Source of the DNA: Callorhinchus milii
Taxonomy: Eukaryota
Assembly: GCF_018977255.1 (NCBI RefSeq)
Contig: NW_024704771.1
Location: 2,294,001 to 2,358,000, forward strand
Length of the DNA stretch: 64,000 nt
Direction: 5' to 3'
A program made the position numbers and the translations under genes. How positions within the stretch are numbered: position 1 is the first letter of the stretch; every line of letters begins with the position of its first letter. The notes beneath the pieces were generated by a model. The model saw only the letters and a list, made by a program, of their open reading frames with translations, was not told where the DNA came from and did not search any database. Below are positions 1 through 9,880 of the stretch, in pieces.

Positions 1-210
1 AATGTGGAACTTGCTACCACAAGGAGTAGTTGAGGCGAACAGCATAGACGCATTTAAGGGGAATCTAAATAAGTGCATGAGAGAGAGAGCAATAGAAGGT
101 TATGCTGATAGGCTTACCTGAGGAAGGGCAGGTCATGTGGACAATAAACATTGCATAGACTAGTTGGGCCGAATGGCCTGTTTCTGTGCTGTATGATCGA
201 TGTAATTCCA
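1..210 (+). mobile_element. CR1-type LINE, 3' end fragment
   Basis: End of the RT coding region (tggaacttgctaccacaagg...) followed by the tail gggccgaatggcctgtttctgtgctgtat, which recurs at other CR1 ends in the window. Paralogous to 36001-36210. Confidence 0.8.
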
Positions 211-1800
211 TGTAATTATCTGTAACAATAAATAACAAACAATAAATATCAAAGTTGATTTCTACACTACACCTGTATTCCTCACAACACCACATGCACG
301 CAGACATTAACTCCAGATGGTTAGGTGTGCTTGAAGACCTAAAGATCTTTACTTTCGATCGTGCTTTCGGTCAACTCTCCCCTCTCCCCTTCTGGCTCGG
401 GATCAGACTCCAGCACTGTCAAGCGCTCCGGGATGCATGACCCCGAGTTACACAGATTATAAAAGATTACACTGAAAATATACATTGTTTATACACAGTG
501 AGACGCGACTGTTCACTGGAGAACAACATGTCACCTTGTTTATAGATATAAAAGTGATTTGGGAGATTTCAGTGAGATTCTGAGCACAGCCCCGACTGTG
601 AGACTGGGCATTGCTGGAGAGAAAGAGATCAGCGATATATATCCCTGTCTCAGAGCGTGTGAGCTCACACACTGGATGGCAAGTCAGATTCGCTCAACAC
701 GAGCACAGAGACGAGCTGGCGATGAGCTTTACAAAGATGGCTCACGTTTTGCTCCCACACATTGGGTGTCAGGTTCCTCTGATGCTCTGAATGATGTTAA
801 TCCAGACGAGCTGTTGCGGTGCTGGTGCTGATTGTGCTGTCTGGCGGCTACAGTGGCTCATTACACTGAACCCCCGGCTCGAGGCCGGACCAATGGGGGA
901 GATCCCGTCTGGAGAGCCGGAATTTCCAGCTGAGTGTCATTACAATGTCGGTCCCGGCATTTACTGCTTTATTGTAAAACGCCAATAAATTGTAATGTTT
1001 GAATCCCAGGAACAGAAGATAGTGTATAAGTGATTCAAACAACAGTGACAGTGGGTATCCCCGGCCCCTGTGAAGGCCAGTGGGGATGGTGAGGCTGCTC
1101 AGTGTGAGAGGAGAGCTGAGCCTGTGTGAGGCTACACAGCGAAGACCATCAAAAATTTAAAAAATATCTATTTTGGTGTCAGATTCAGTCCGGCTGGTTG
1201 TGAAACCCGGATGCTGTTAGCGGGGGTACCGTATTGATACTAGAATGTGCAGATGCCACGTTGTGGCTGTGTTTACACTGAGCATCAGCCACTGAACCAG
1301 TCCCGACAAATAGAGCAAATATTGTATAAAACAAGTAACAGAAACTGCCGTTAATCCTCACACCTCCTCCAGTGAGGAAATGTGCACAAATCTCACCATT
1401 AACAGTGAGACCACCAGTCACTGCCCCCAACACAGGCACCGAGACACGGGGCAGAGCAGAGCCCCGGCAATGCCGACACTGACAGATCCCACAAATACAG
1501 AGAGACAGAATCCTGATATATTCAGACCAAATAAAACATGTAGAAAGAAGAGTGTTCCCACAAAAAGAAATGTGACAAGAAAGAATGGAATGTTTTGTGT
1601 CAGGAAACAGGGAAAGGAAGATCTTGGAGTCAGTGTTATATTGAGTTGACTGTTGTACAAACATACATACATACATACATACATAAATAAAGCCATCTCA
1701 CTGTAACAAACAAGCTGATCTCATTGTACAGAACAAACTAAACTCATTATATTTTTTAAGAACGATCTGAAACAGAAAAACCCTGCAATTTTACTTACTG

Positions 1801-2440
1801 TCTCACACCACAGGCCACCGAAACCCTCATACACTCCTTCATTACATCGAGGCTCGATTTTCCAAACTCTCTGCTTGTTGGTCTCCCCAACTCCTCCCTC
1901 CATAGACTACAGATCATCCAGACCTCTGCAGCCCGTGTCCTCTCCTGCACTCGGCTCCGTGACGCTATCAACCCCATCCTCGCCCGACTCCATTGGCTTC
2001 CCATCACACAGAGGATACAGCTCAAGATCCTGATCCTCACCTTCAAAGCCCTCCATGGCCTTGCTCCCCCCCTACCTCTCTGACCTTCTAACCCCCTCCC
2101 ATCCTGTTCGCTCCCCCTGCTCAGTGGGCTCTGGCCTGCTTCACGTCCCCCGCCTCGCTCACCCCACTATCGGGGGGGGGGGCCTTTCACCACTCTGCCC
2201 CCACCCTCTGGAACTCCATCCCGCAGTCCCTCCTTCTCACCCCCTCCCTCACCCCCTCCAAGACTCACCTCAAGACCCTCTTCGTCAACGTAGGTTTTGA
2301 TCTCCTTGCTTTGCCCCCTGCCCTCCACTCTCCACCCCGCCCCCCTGGATCCCCAGCTCGAGTCCATAACTCTGTCTGTCCAGCGTCTTGGGACGTCCTC
2401 CCCACGTGAAAGGCGCTTTACAAATGTAATTTTGTTGTTG
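1801..2440 (+). mobile_element. L2 LINE, 5'-truncated 3' end
   Basis: Translates to ETLIHSFITSRLDF..LQIIQTSAARVL..LARLHWLPI..KILILTFKALHG (L2 ORF2 C-terminus). Ends in ttgggacgtcctcccacgtgaaaggcgct plus a (gtt)n-like tail. Confidence 0.85.
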
Positions 2441-2519
2441 TGATTGTCACAGTGAATTCAAGTCATTGGCGTATTTCCTACCTGGAGTCTATTGGTGGAT
2501 CAAGTGGGCGCAGGGCCCG

Positions 2520-2670
2520 GGGGAGAGTCAGGCAGAGAGGGGAGAGTTAGGGACAGTGGGGGAGTCAGGGACGAGGGGAGAGTTAGGGACGAGGGGAGGA
2601 GTCAGGGACGAGGGGAGAGTTAGGGACGGGGGGAGAGTTAGGGACGGGGGGGGGGGGAGTCGGGGGCAGA
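2520..2670 (+). repeat. G-rich minisatellite, about 17-18 bp unit (gggagagttagggacga)
   Basis: Degenerate tandem units are directly visible. Confidence 0.8.
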
Positions 2671-3167
2671 GAGGTGTTCAGTAGAGTCTAAAGACACACT
2701 GAGACCTTCTGCAAAGTTATAGCAGCAGATTTTTCGGTTTATTTCCTGCAAGAACCGCGGAAAGAGGGTAAGAGAGGTGGGGGCTGCGGCTGAGCTCTTA
2801 CATGTGCTTTTCTGTCGCTTTCTCACGGTTTCCTGATCCAATAAATGTTCTCTTTCACATCTCACAACCTATGGATTTATCCTAACTATCCATCCGCAGG
2901 AGCGCGGGTTACATTTTACTTTCTCTCTCACACAGTAACATTTTACTTCCTCTTTCACACACAGTTACACTTTACTTTCTCTCTCACACACAGTGGTAAA
3001 TTTTAGACTGTCGTACAAACATATACTTTCAAATAAATATATCTATTCAAAAATAAAGCCATCTCACTGTAATAAACAAACTGATCTCATTGTACACAAC
3101 AAACTAAACAGATTATATATATTTTTAAAAATGATCTGAAACCGAAAAACGCTGCAATTTTACTTAC

Positions 3168-3290
3168 TGCGTATGTGAGCCTCGATGACGGATCAGCAGT
3201 TTCTGCCCCTAATTCCGCCCACAGCCAATGGGTGACTTTTATTTTGTTTAAAGTCCCCTCGTTTCTGCGGTCAGAGCTGTGACTCATCTC
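3168..3290 (-). promoter_or_regulatory. Putative promoter and short first exon of a - strand transcript
   Basis: GC box ccgccc at 3215-3220, CCAAT at 3225-3229, TGACTCA near 3280, and a - strand donor GTAAGT (acttac 3162-3167). Motif-based only. Confidence 0.35.
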
Positions 3291-3350
3291 TGTTGTGACT
3301 GTCAGTGGGAGGTAACAACCAGAGTTTGTTTCAACTGAAGAATTATGAAA

Positions 3351-3440
3351 CCTCACACAGTGACTGAGCTCAGTCACTAACCTCACACAGTCACTGAGCT
3401 CAGTTACTAATCTCACACAGAGACTGAGCTGAGTTACTAT
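3351..3440. repeat. Three 30-bp tandem units with a palindromic core
   Basis: cctcacacagtgactgagctcagtcactaa x3. The first unit contains the perfect 20-bp palindrome AGTGACTGAGCTCAGTCACT (3359-3378). Confidence 0.9.
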
Positions 3441-3714
3441 CCTCAGTCTGGTGATTTGGAAGGACATCGCAAAGGTACGAAAATTGTTGGAATTGGGCCA
3501 AATGTCCCCACTTCTAACACAGCGTTAAACAGCAGTTTATTAGCCCTTCATTCTAAGTTTACCACTCCCAGTTTTACCATGACAATTTCCTGGTCAACAA
3601 TTTAGCTGTTGTTGGGAAATTGTTGTGCGCTAATTGGATTCACAAGGGCACTCTGGATATATCCCTGGTACCCGTGTACCCAGTCCACCCCTGACCAAGG
3701 ACCCATCGGTGCCT

Positions 3715-3955
3715 ATTCAGATGGGTGTTAAAGAACCTATAACACTGTTCGAAAATCAAGGAAGTTGCTCTTGGTGTTCTGGCCAACAATCCCACAGACA
3801 GAGTTATTCACTCCATTGTGGTTTGTCAAACATCACTGTGCACACGTTGGCTCCTGTGTTCACTTACAAAACACACTTCACTGTGAATCCTGTGAAGTGC
3901 TTTGCGATGTTCTCCTGACATGAAAGGCACTTCTCAAATGTAAGGTTATTATTGT
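3715..3955 (+). mobile_element. Old SINE (DeuSINE/SacSINE-like body with L2 tail), partial
   Basis: gatgggtgttaaaga...ggtgttctggccaaca core and gtgaagtgctttg...tgacatgaaaggcac tail. Confidence 0.6.
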
Positions 3956-4239
3956 TGTTTTACTGTGAACATTGGAGTGAAGTTTCCATGTACAACACCA
4001 CTATCTGCCGGCAGTAACACGGTACTGGAGGTTTATATATTTAACACTATATGTGGCGTAACTGTCATTTTAATCCACAGTAACTTTCAACAAATGATTC
4101 TATTCCTCAAATTACACCACAACATCCATCAGGAAAGACGAGGAAATGTTTAATCTATTTCTCTGTCTGTAATAAAGTGTTACCGCAGGAGTTTAAAATA
4201 CTTGATTTTTCATACTTTTACCAGAATATATACAACTAT

Positions 4240-4455
4240 ACCGGGAAGGTCTTCAATTATGTGGAGAGACTATAGAGGCTGGACTTTTCTCCTTAGAGCA
4301 GAGAAGTGGAAATTTAATTGAGATGTTGAAAATTATGAAGGGTTCTGATAGAATAGGGAGAAACTGTTTCCTCTAGTGGGTGGTTTGGTAACCAGAGAAC
4401 ATAGATTAATAATAATTAACAAAAGAACTAGAGGGAAGATGAGTAGAATTTTTCA
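4240..4455 (+). mobile_element. CR1 LINE fragment
   Basis: Similar to the RT 3' region of other CR1 copies (ttttctccttagagcagagaag...gaaactgtttcctctagtg). Confidence 0.65.
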
Positions 4456-4479
4456 AGCTTTCCCACTGCTTTTTCAGCT

Positions 4480-5760
4480 AGGACAACAACAGCAACAACA
4501 AATTACATTTGCACAGTTGCATCCTTCACGTCGGGCGAACGTCCCAAGGTGCAAGACAGTCAGGGAGTTGGACCTGAAGAGGGTGTTGGGATCAGGAGTG
4601 ATGGAGGGCAGAGAGAAGAGGGAGGAAGTGGAGGGAGGAATGAGAGGGCCCGAAGAGGGAGGTGGGGAGGGAGTGGTTTTAGGAAGGACCGAGTTAGCAG
4701 ATTGTAATGAAGAGGTGTATGAGTGTTTTGGCCGCCTGAGATGTGAGGCAGTGGTAGACTCGGGCAAAGTTGCGGAGGTGGGGTAAGTCAGAGCGGGTCA
4801 TGACACAGATGTGGGGGAGAAAGGACAGTTGAGTCGATGAAGGTGCCTCAGTTCCTGACTGGCTTGGTGAGGTGGAGTGTGCTTGGATAATGTTGCTGTC
4901 AGTGCCTGAGGTGTGGAGGCATTGGAGTGAGCCAATCAGTAGAGCCTTGTTCGTGCTGACGATCAACTGCAGAAAGTTGGCGCTCTTCCAGGACTTGGTG
5001 TCCGACAGGCAGTCTGTCAGGACATCATAGACCTGGGATTGAGGGTGGAGGCTGAGAGATAGAATTGGGTGTCATCCACATACATGTGGTATGATGTAAA
5101 GTGAAACTGGGTGTTGTGGCTTCGGAGAGGGGGGACGGTGATCCAATTTTTGGTGACGAAGAGGATGTCAATGTATTTGACGACAATTAGTTCATGGATG
5201 TTAAGTGCTTTACTGGAGAGGGATCGGACATTTTGTAGGGTGTTTGGAGGGGACAGATTGCCGAGGAGTTTGAAGGATTGCGTGGTGGGGGAAAGGAGGA
5301 GAATTAACAGGAAGAGAGGGAATGTGAATTGAGAGATTAAAATCCGTGATCTGGGACCCACAGACCTTGTAGGGAAAGTGGGGGGATGGGGCTGTCAGGG
5401 TGACTGCTGGACAGCCAACGGCTTGTACCATAATGAGCCCGGTGGAGAATTCCCTGGAGCACAGGGAAGCTGTGGGATGGGCCTGGATGGAGAGGAAGCC
5501 GTGTGGGCGATAGGAAAATAGAAGCGAGCGGGAGTAACGCAGGATGTGCGACAGGGATGGGGGCATTTTGGGGATGGCAGCTCAGGTCAGGGAGCGGATC
5601 CGGGGCGTTGGGAACAGCGCTCATTGTTGGAAAGACAATTATGAGAAGGTTTGATAGAGAGAGAGGAGAGAGGACTGGAAAGGGAAGGATCGCTGTGAAG
5701 AGGGTGGAGTCGATTCCCACATTTCGTTGCAAAAGGCACCTCCACCTCTTGGAGCAGCTC
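4480..5760 (-). mobile_element. Degraded, internally deleted L2 LINE
   Basis: L2 tail in reverse at about 4485-4540. The ORF at 5017-5361 contains LQNVRSLSSKALNIHELIV..IDILFVTKNW, the L2 endonuclease N-terminus. Confidence 0.7.
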
Positions 5761-5813
5761 AGCCCAGGTCCCAGACACAAAGTGCAGCCAGTGACAGAGG
5801 CTCAGGTGGGTAA

Positions 5814-6010
5814 CAATGGCGGGGGCTGGGAGCCACAATGCATCGCGCCAGAGAAAGCCCTCTATCTCAAGCGCTGGGCATCTCCACGCATGCGCTGCTC
5901 CGGCTCTGCAGCGCTCGGCAAAGGAACGGGCAGTGCGCGTGCGCGGAGCCATGCAGAGATAGAGCGCTTTCATCCGCGCAGTGCATTGTGGCTCCCGGGC
6001 ACCGCCATTG
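5814..6010. repeat. 55-bp imperfect inverted repeat (arms 5814-5868 and 5956-6010, 87-bp spacer) in the CpG-rich region upstream of the TRIM gene
   Basis: Arms match at about 45 of 55 positions by eye. The spacer contains NRF1-like gcatgcgc and gcgcgtgcgc motifs. Confidence 0.85.
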
Positions 6011-6261
6011 CTGCTGTCCATTCCGGTCAGTGTCAGCAACACAAACCCCCGCACAGGCGGCGCTTCCTCTTGTCCCCGTCTCACACCCTCCCTCTGTGGA
6101 AATGTCATGACTATTATTATTATTACCTTCTGATCCAGGCCCAGGGGGAAGATCACAGCCACAAAACTCCCAAACAAGCATTCTGCTGAATTCTGGGTCT
6201 GGACACAGCCCCAAAGCCTGAGAGTGACAGCGGTTTGTGGGAGTGAGCGGTGGAGGGGGAC

Positions 6262-6678
6262 ATGGCCGGCAGAGAGCAGGACCAGAGCTTAGCAGAGGAT
6301 CTCACTTGCCCCGTTTGCCTTGACCTGTTCAACGATCCGGTTTCTCTGGTTTGCGGCCACTATTTCTGCCGCTCGTGTATCGCAGGCTGTTGGGAGAGGC
6401 AGGAGGCTCATTCTGCCCGGAGTGTCGTCGGGCGTGTCCGGGAAGGGAGCTGAGAGCCAGTCGACCTCTGGCTAATCTGTCCGAAAGAGCTAGAAATCTG
6501 TCTGGATCCGAAACGGGGAGAAAGGGAACATTGTTGTGGTGATCATCGGGAAGAGCTGAAGCTGTTTGGTGAAACAGATAAGAAATTGATCTGTTTGATG
6601 TGTTTCTTTTCTCCCGAGAGACAGAATCACAAATCGCACAGCGTCATGTCGGTAGACAAAGCTGCTGAGATCTACAAG
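6262..6678 (+). pseudogene. TRIM exon 1: C3HC4 RING and B-box2, frameshifted
   Basis: [26 protein letters not shown], then (frame change) [18 protein letters not shown], then (frame change) CGDHREELKLFGETDKKLICLMC..HKSH..AAEIYK. Donor aag|gtaaac. Confidence 0.9.
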
Positions 6679-7026
6679 GTAAACAAGGAACAGAGTCTAT
6701 AACTTGACTGCTGTTCTCTCTTTCTTTCACCAGCCGAGTGTCTGAAACACACTGAAGCCCATTGCTGAGCTTAAGAGAATCCTGAATATTGCCGTGTGTC
6801 CCCAGAGCGATGCACCCTGCTACAAATTCTGTAGAATATTAGGCATTAGTTGGCAAGAGCTAAGGCTTTGGTATCCCAGAGTATATGTCGAGATAGCTAC
6901 TTAAGTTTAACCAGGTAAACGGCGTCACTGGTCATTGGGAGCGCTGTCTGACAGGCTGCCCCCTGCGTGTTCTCTCTGCTCACACTGATACAGTTAGAGA
7001 TGTGTTGATTTCCATTTTGATTGCAG

Positions 7027-7122
7027 GAAAAACTGAAATCATCTTTCAATTTGGTTCTGAAGAGAAAAGACGCTGTTCTTCGAGCTGAATTTGAGCAAAA
7101 AGAGAGGATTTCTGCCGTGAAA
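7027..7122 (+). pseudogene. TRIM exon 2 (96 bp, coiled-coil)
   Basis: ttgcag|EKLKSSFNLVLKRKDAVLRAEFEQKERISAVK|gtaagt. Confidence 0.9.
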
Positions 7123-7197
7123 GTAAGTTGCTGTGTGATAGGAGTCGTCCGCAGTCTCACCTCTGAGTTGGAAAGTTGTGGCATTTATCCCCACTAC

Positions 7198-7400
7198 GGG
7201 CTCTCAGTCGTGTTTCTCTCTTTACCGTGTGATGTCTGGGCTCTCAGTCGTGTTTCTCTCTTTACCGTGTGATGTCTGGGCTCTCAGTCGTGTTTCTGTC
7301 TTTACTGAGTGATGTCTGGGCTCTCAGTTGTCTCTGCCTTTACTGTGTGATGTCTGGGCTCTCAGTCGTGTCTCTCTCTTTACTGTGGCCCGTTGTGATG
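7198..7400 (+). repeat. Intronic minisatellite, 40-bp unit, about 5 copies
   Basis: gggctctcagtcgtgtttctctctttaccgtgtgatgtct repeated with a 40-bp period. Confidence 0.9.
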
Positions 7401-7420
7401 TCTGACGCTTCATTTTACAG

Positions 7421-7654
7421 AAACAGGCGAGCAGTCTGCAGAACAACGTCACGGCTGAGTTTGTTAAAATGCATCAGAGCCTCAAAGACACAGAGCAGCG
7501 TGTAATGCGAGAGTTCAGAGAGCGAGAAGAGGAGATTTTACAGCGAATGGAGGAAGCTTTCTCAGGGTTTGAAGAGCAGTTAAAATCTATTGACCGAGAA
7601 TTAGCAATGTTACAGAACCGAATGGATGAACATGACTCGGGATCCTTTCTGAGG
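7421..7654 (+). pseudogene. TRIM exon 3 (234 bp, coiled-coil)
   Basis: ttttacag|KQASSLQNNVTAEFVKMHQSL..EEEILQRME..DSGSFLR|gtacga. Confidence 0.9.
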
Positions 7655-7679
7655 GTACGAAAAAGAGATTATAATATGA

Positions 7680-7985
7680 TAATAATTCTTGCATTTTATA
7701 CGGCACCTTTGACCTCTGGAGAAGTTCTCAAAGCGATTCACAGAATCCACTGTAAAGTGTAGTGACTGGACTTTGTAGGCAAATGCAACAGCCAATTTCC
7801 GCAGCAAAACAGTCCCCAAAACAGCCTTGAAGTGAACGACCAACTATATTTGGGAGAAAATCCCTTCACATTTCCAATCGTTTCTAGGATCTTTAACATC
7901 CACCTGAACAGGTGCAGACAGCACCTCGGGTTTATGTCTCATCCAAAATACATCTGACAATGCTGTGCACCTCCCAACTCTGTAA
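7680..7985 (-). mobile_element. SINE (L2-tailed), diverged
   Basis: Reverse-oriented tail and cagccaattt...ggatctttaacatccacctgaac core. Confidence 0.6.
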
Positions 7986-8244
7986 AACTAACAACGTAAC
8001 AGAGTGAATTTCAGCTCAGCCCTTACATTCACCTACAAAACACACATTCCCTACACTTTGTGGTAAATCCCATGAAGCGCTTTGAGACGTCCTCCTGACG
8101 TGAAAGGCTCTGTACCAAATGCAAAGCTCCTTCTTCTTATCTTGGGTAAAGCTCCCCGAGCGAGCCACCGTGTGGAGATTATTCCACACGCTGAGGGTTA
8201 CCTGGCTGTGAACTCTGACCTCTCTGTATTTTGTTTCACTTCAG

Positions 8245-8459
8245 GAGGAAGCTTCTCGGAAGATCAGGTCTGACCTAATATTTCACTCATTAATGTCAAA
8301 GCAGTAACCACGAGATATTCATGTTAATCTGTTATCTTTGCAGCATCAGTGAAGTCTGAATTGAGCCGTCAGTGGTACAAGGAGATCTGACTTTGGCAAT
8401 ACCCAAAGGGCTTTTGCAGCTCACAGTGTGGAGAGAAATGATCAACATGACCAGCCTTG
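8245..8459 (+). pseudogene. TRIM exons 4 (8245-8267) and 5 (8344-8459); exon 5 carries a premature TGA
   Basis: EEASRKI(S), then ISEV*IEPSVVQGDLTLAIPKGLLQLTVWREMINMTSL. AG/GT boundaries are present. Confidence 0.85.
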
Positions 8460-8864
8460 GTAAGCAGATCCTACATCATCCCGCACCGTAAAGCCCTCAC
8501 TGGGCGGCAGATGCAGAGTTGATTTGATCAGCAGTCGTGTGTCTATCACATGTTTAAACCCATCACCGCGCTTCAGAGTCTCCAAACCAGACTGAGTTCC
8601 GCAAACGTATGTCACCTTTGCATGGAAGTTTCCCTGTATCTGGAATGGAAACTATTAGTCAGAGGCTTGTAAGAGCCAAGGCTTGGGGACCCCTGATAGG
8701 GTGTATTGGTTGGGATAACTGCTGATGTTTAGCAGCAGTGCAGGCGCAAAGGGCCGAAAGGTCCATTTCCACCCAACACTAGATTTGAAGGTCTGGAGAT
8801 CCGCTGAACTTCAGCATTGCTCACCATGTTCACCAGTGTCCTGACTGCAGGTCTCCAGGAGCTC

Positions 8865-9070
8865 ATACACAGACAGAGAGAGACACAGGGACAGGGAGAG
8901 TCAAACACACGGACAGAGACACACACACACACACACACGGATACAGTGAGACACACATAGGGACACAGAAAGACACACACACACAGGTAGAGAAAATCAC
9001 GCACACCGACAGAGACACAAACACACAGACAAAGAGAGAGAGACACACACTCGGGGACAGAGAGAGACGC
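8865..9070. repeat. (AC/AG)-rich low-complexity tract
   Basis: Directly visible in TRIM intron 5. Confidence 0.9.
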
Positions 9071-9227
9071 ACTTTTTCACAGTGAATGACTTTCTATTGG
9101 CCCGGCCCAGGAGCCAGGGTGGCTGGCCTGCCATCAGCAGCCACTTTTGCAAAAGGAAAATTATTCAGTGTTTATATTAATCTCTCCACAATCAACAATC
9201 GCTCACTGTGTTATTTCTCTCTCTCAG

Positions 9228-9796
9228 CTCCGGCCTCTCTGACGCTGGATCCTGACACAGCTCATCCCTGCCTCGTCCTGTCTGAGGACCTGACCGGCGT
9301 GAGAGTCGGAGATAAACCGCAGCAGCTCCCTGACTCTTCGAAGAGGTTTAGTAAATATCTCTTTGTCCTGGGATCTAAGGGCTTCACATCAGGGAGACAT
9401 TACTGGGAGGTGCAGGTGGTCAACAAGAATGTGTGGACAGTTGGAGTGGCCAGAGAGTCTATCAACAGGAAACAACGAACCACATGGTCACCAGAGGGTG
9501 GGGTCTGGGCTGTGGAGCTCGGGGGCAAGGGTTTTGAGGCTTTGGCCTCACCTCCCACCCACCTGCTTCTGACAGTGATACCTGGGAAGATTGGAGTTTA
9601 CCTGGACTATGAGGGGGGTCAGGTGTCGTTTTACAACGCTGACAACATGTCTCATCTCCACACTTTCACTAACACTTTCACTGAGAAACTTTATCCTCTG
9701 CTCAATCCTGGGTATTATATTTCAGGGAAAAATTCTGAGCCTCTGATAATCTGCCGGTCTCAGGATAAACCTGTCTCAGCCTGGCTCAGTCAGTAG
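9228..9796 (+). CDS. PRY-SPRY (B30.2) terminal exon of the TRIM gene; the frame of this exon is intact
   Basis: [62 protein letters not shown]. Polypyrimidine acceptor ctctcag at 9227. Confidence 0.9.
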
Positions 9797-9880
9797 TGCT
9801 CTGGCCTCTGAGTCTGATGGTTGTAGGTTCAAGCCACATGTTGGGGACTTTACACTCATTGCGCTCCAGTGCATTTGTGA
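9775..9880 (+). mobile_element. tRNA-derived SINE head overlapping the TRIM stop codon
   Basis: Box A-like tggctcagtcag at 9782-9793 and box B-like ggttcaagcc at 9826-9835, separated by gcctctgagtctgatggttgt. Similar heads occur at about 40710, 54700 and 61525. Confidence 0.6.

Larger units (their letters stand above)
6262..9796 (+). pseudogene. TRIM family gene (RING, B-box2, coiled-coil, PRY-SPRY/B30.2), disrupted
   Basis: Six exons with GT-AG boundaries and typical TRIM sizes: 6262-6678, 7027-7122 (96), 7421-7654 (234), 8245-8267 (23), 8344-8459 (116), 9228-9796. Lesions are a frameshift near 6410, a second near 6500 that restores the frame, an intervening TGA at 6451-6453, and an in-frame TGA at 8357-8359. 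Confidence 0.9.

Noticed and set aside
492-532. RSS-like CACAGTG heptamer with a 22-23 bp spacer (also near 19355 and 36716)
   Set aside because: The nonamer (acaacatgt) matches ACAAAAACC poorly, and no V/D/J segments are adjacent.
1185-1696. Hydrophobic ORFs on the - strand
   Set aside because: They start in a (TACA)n microsatellite, hydrophobicity follows from T-richness, and no family is recognised.
5503-6214. Overlapping 196-228 aa ORFs on both strands
   Set aside because: They span L2 debris, the GC-rich inverted repeat and the TRIM 5' UTR, with no recognisable domain.
7198-7400. CRISPR-like regular repeats
   Set aside because: The units are contiguous with no unique spacers, there are no cas genes, and the context is a vertebrate intron.
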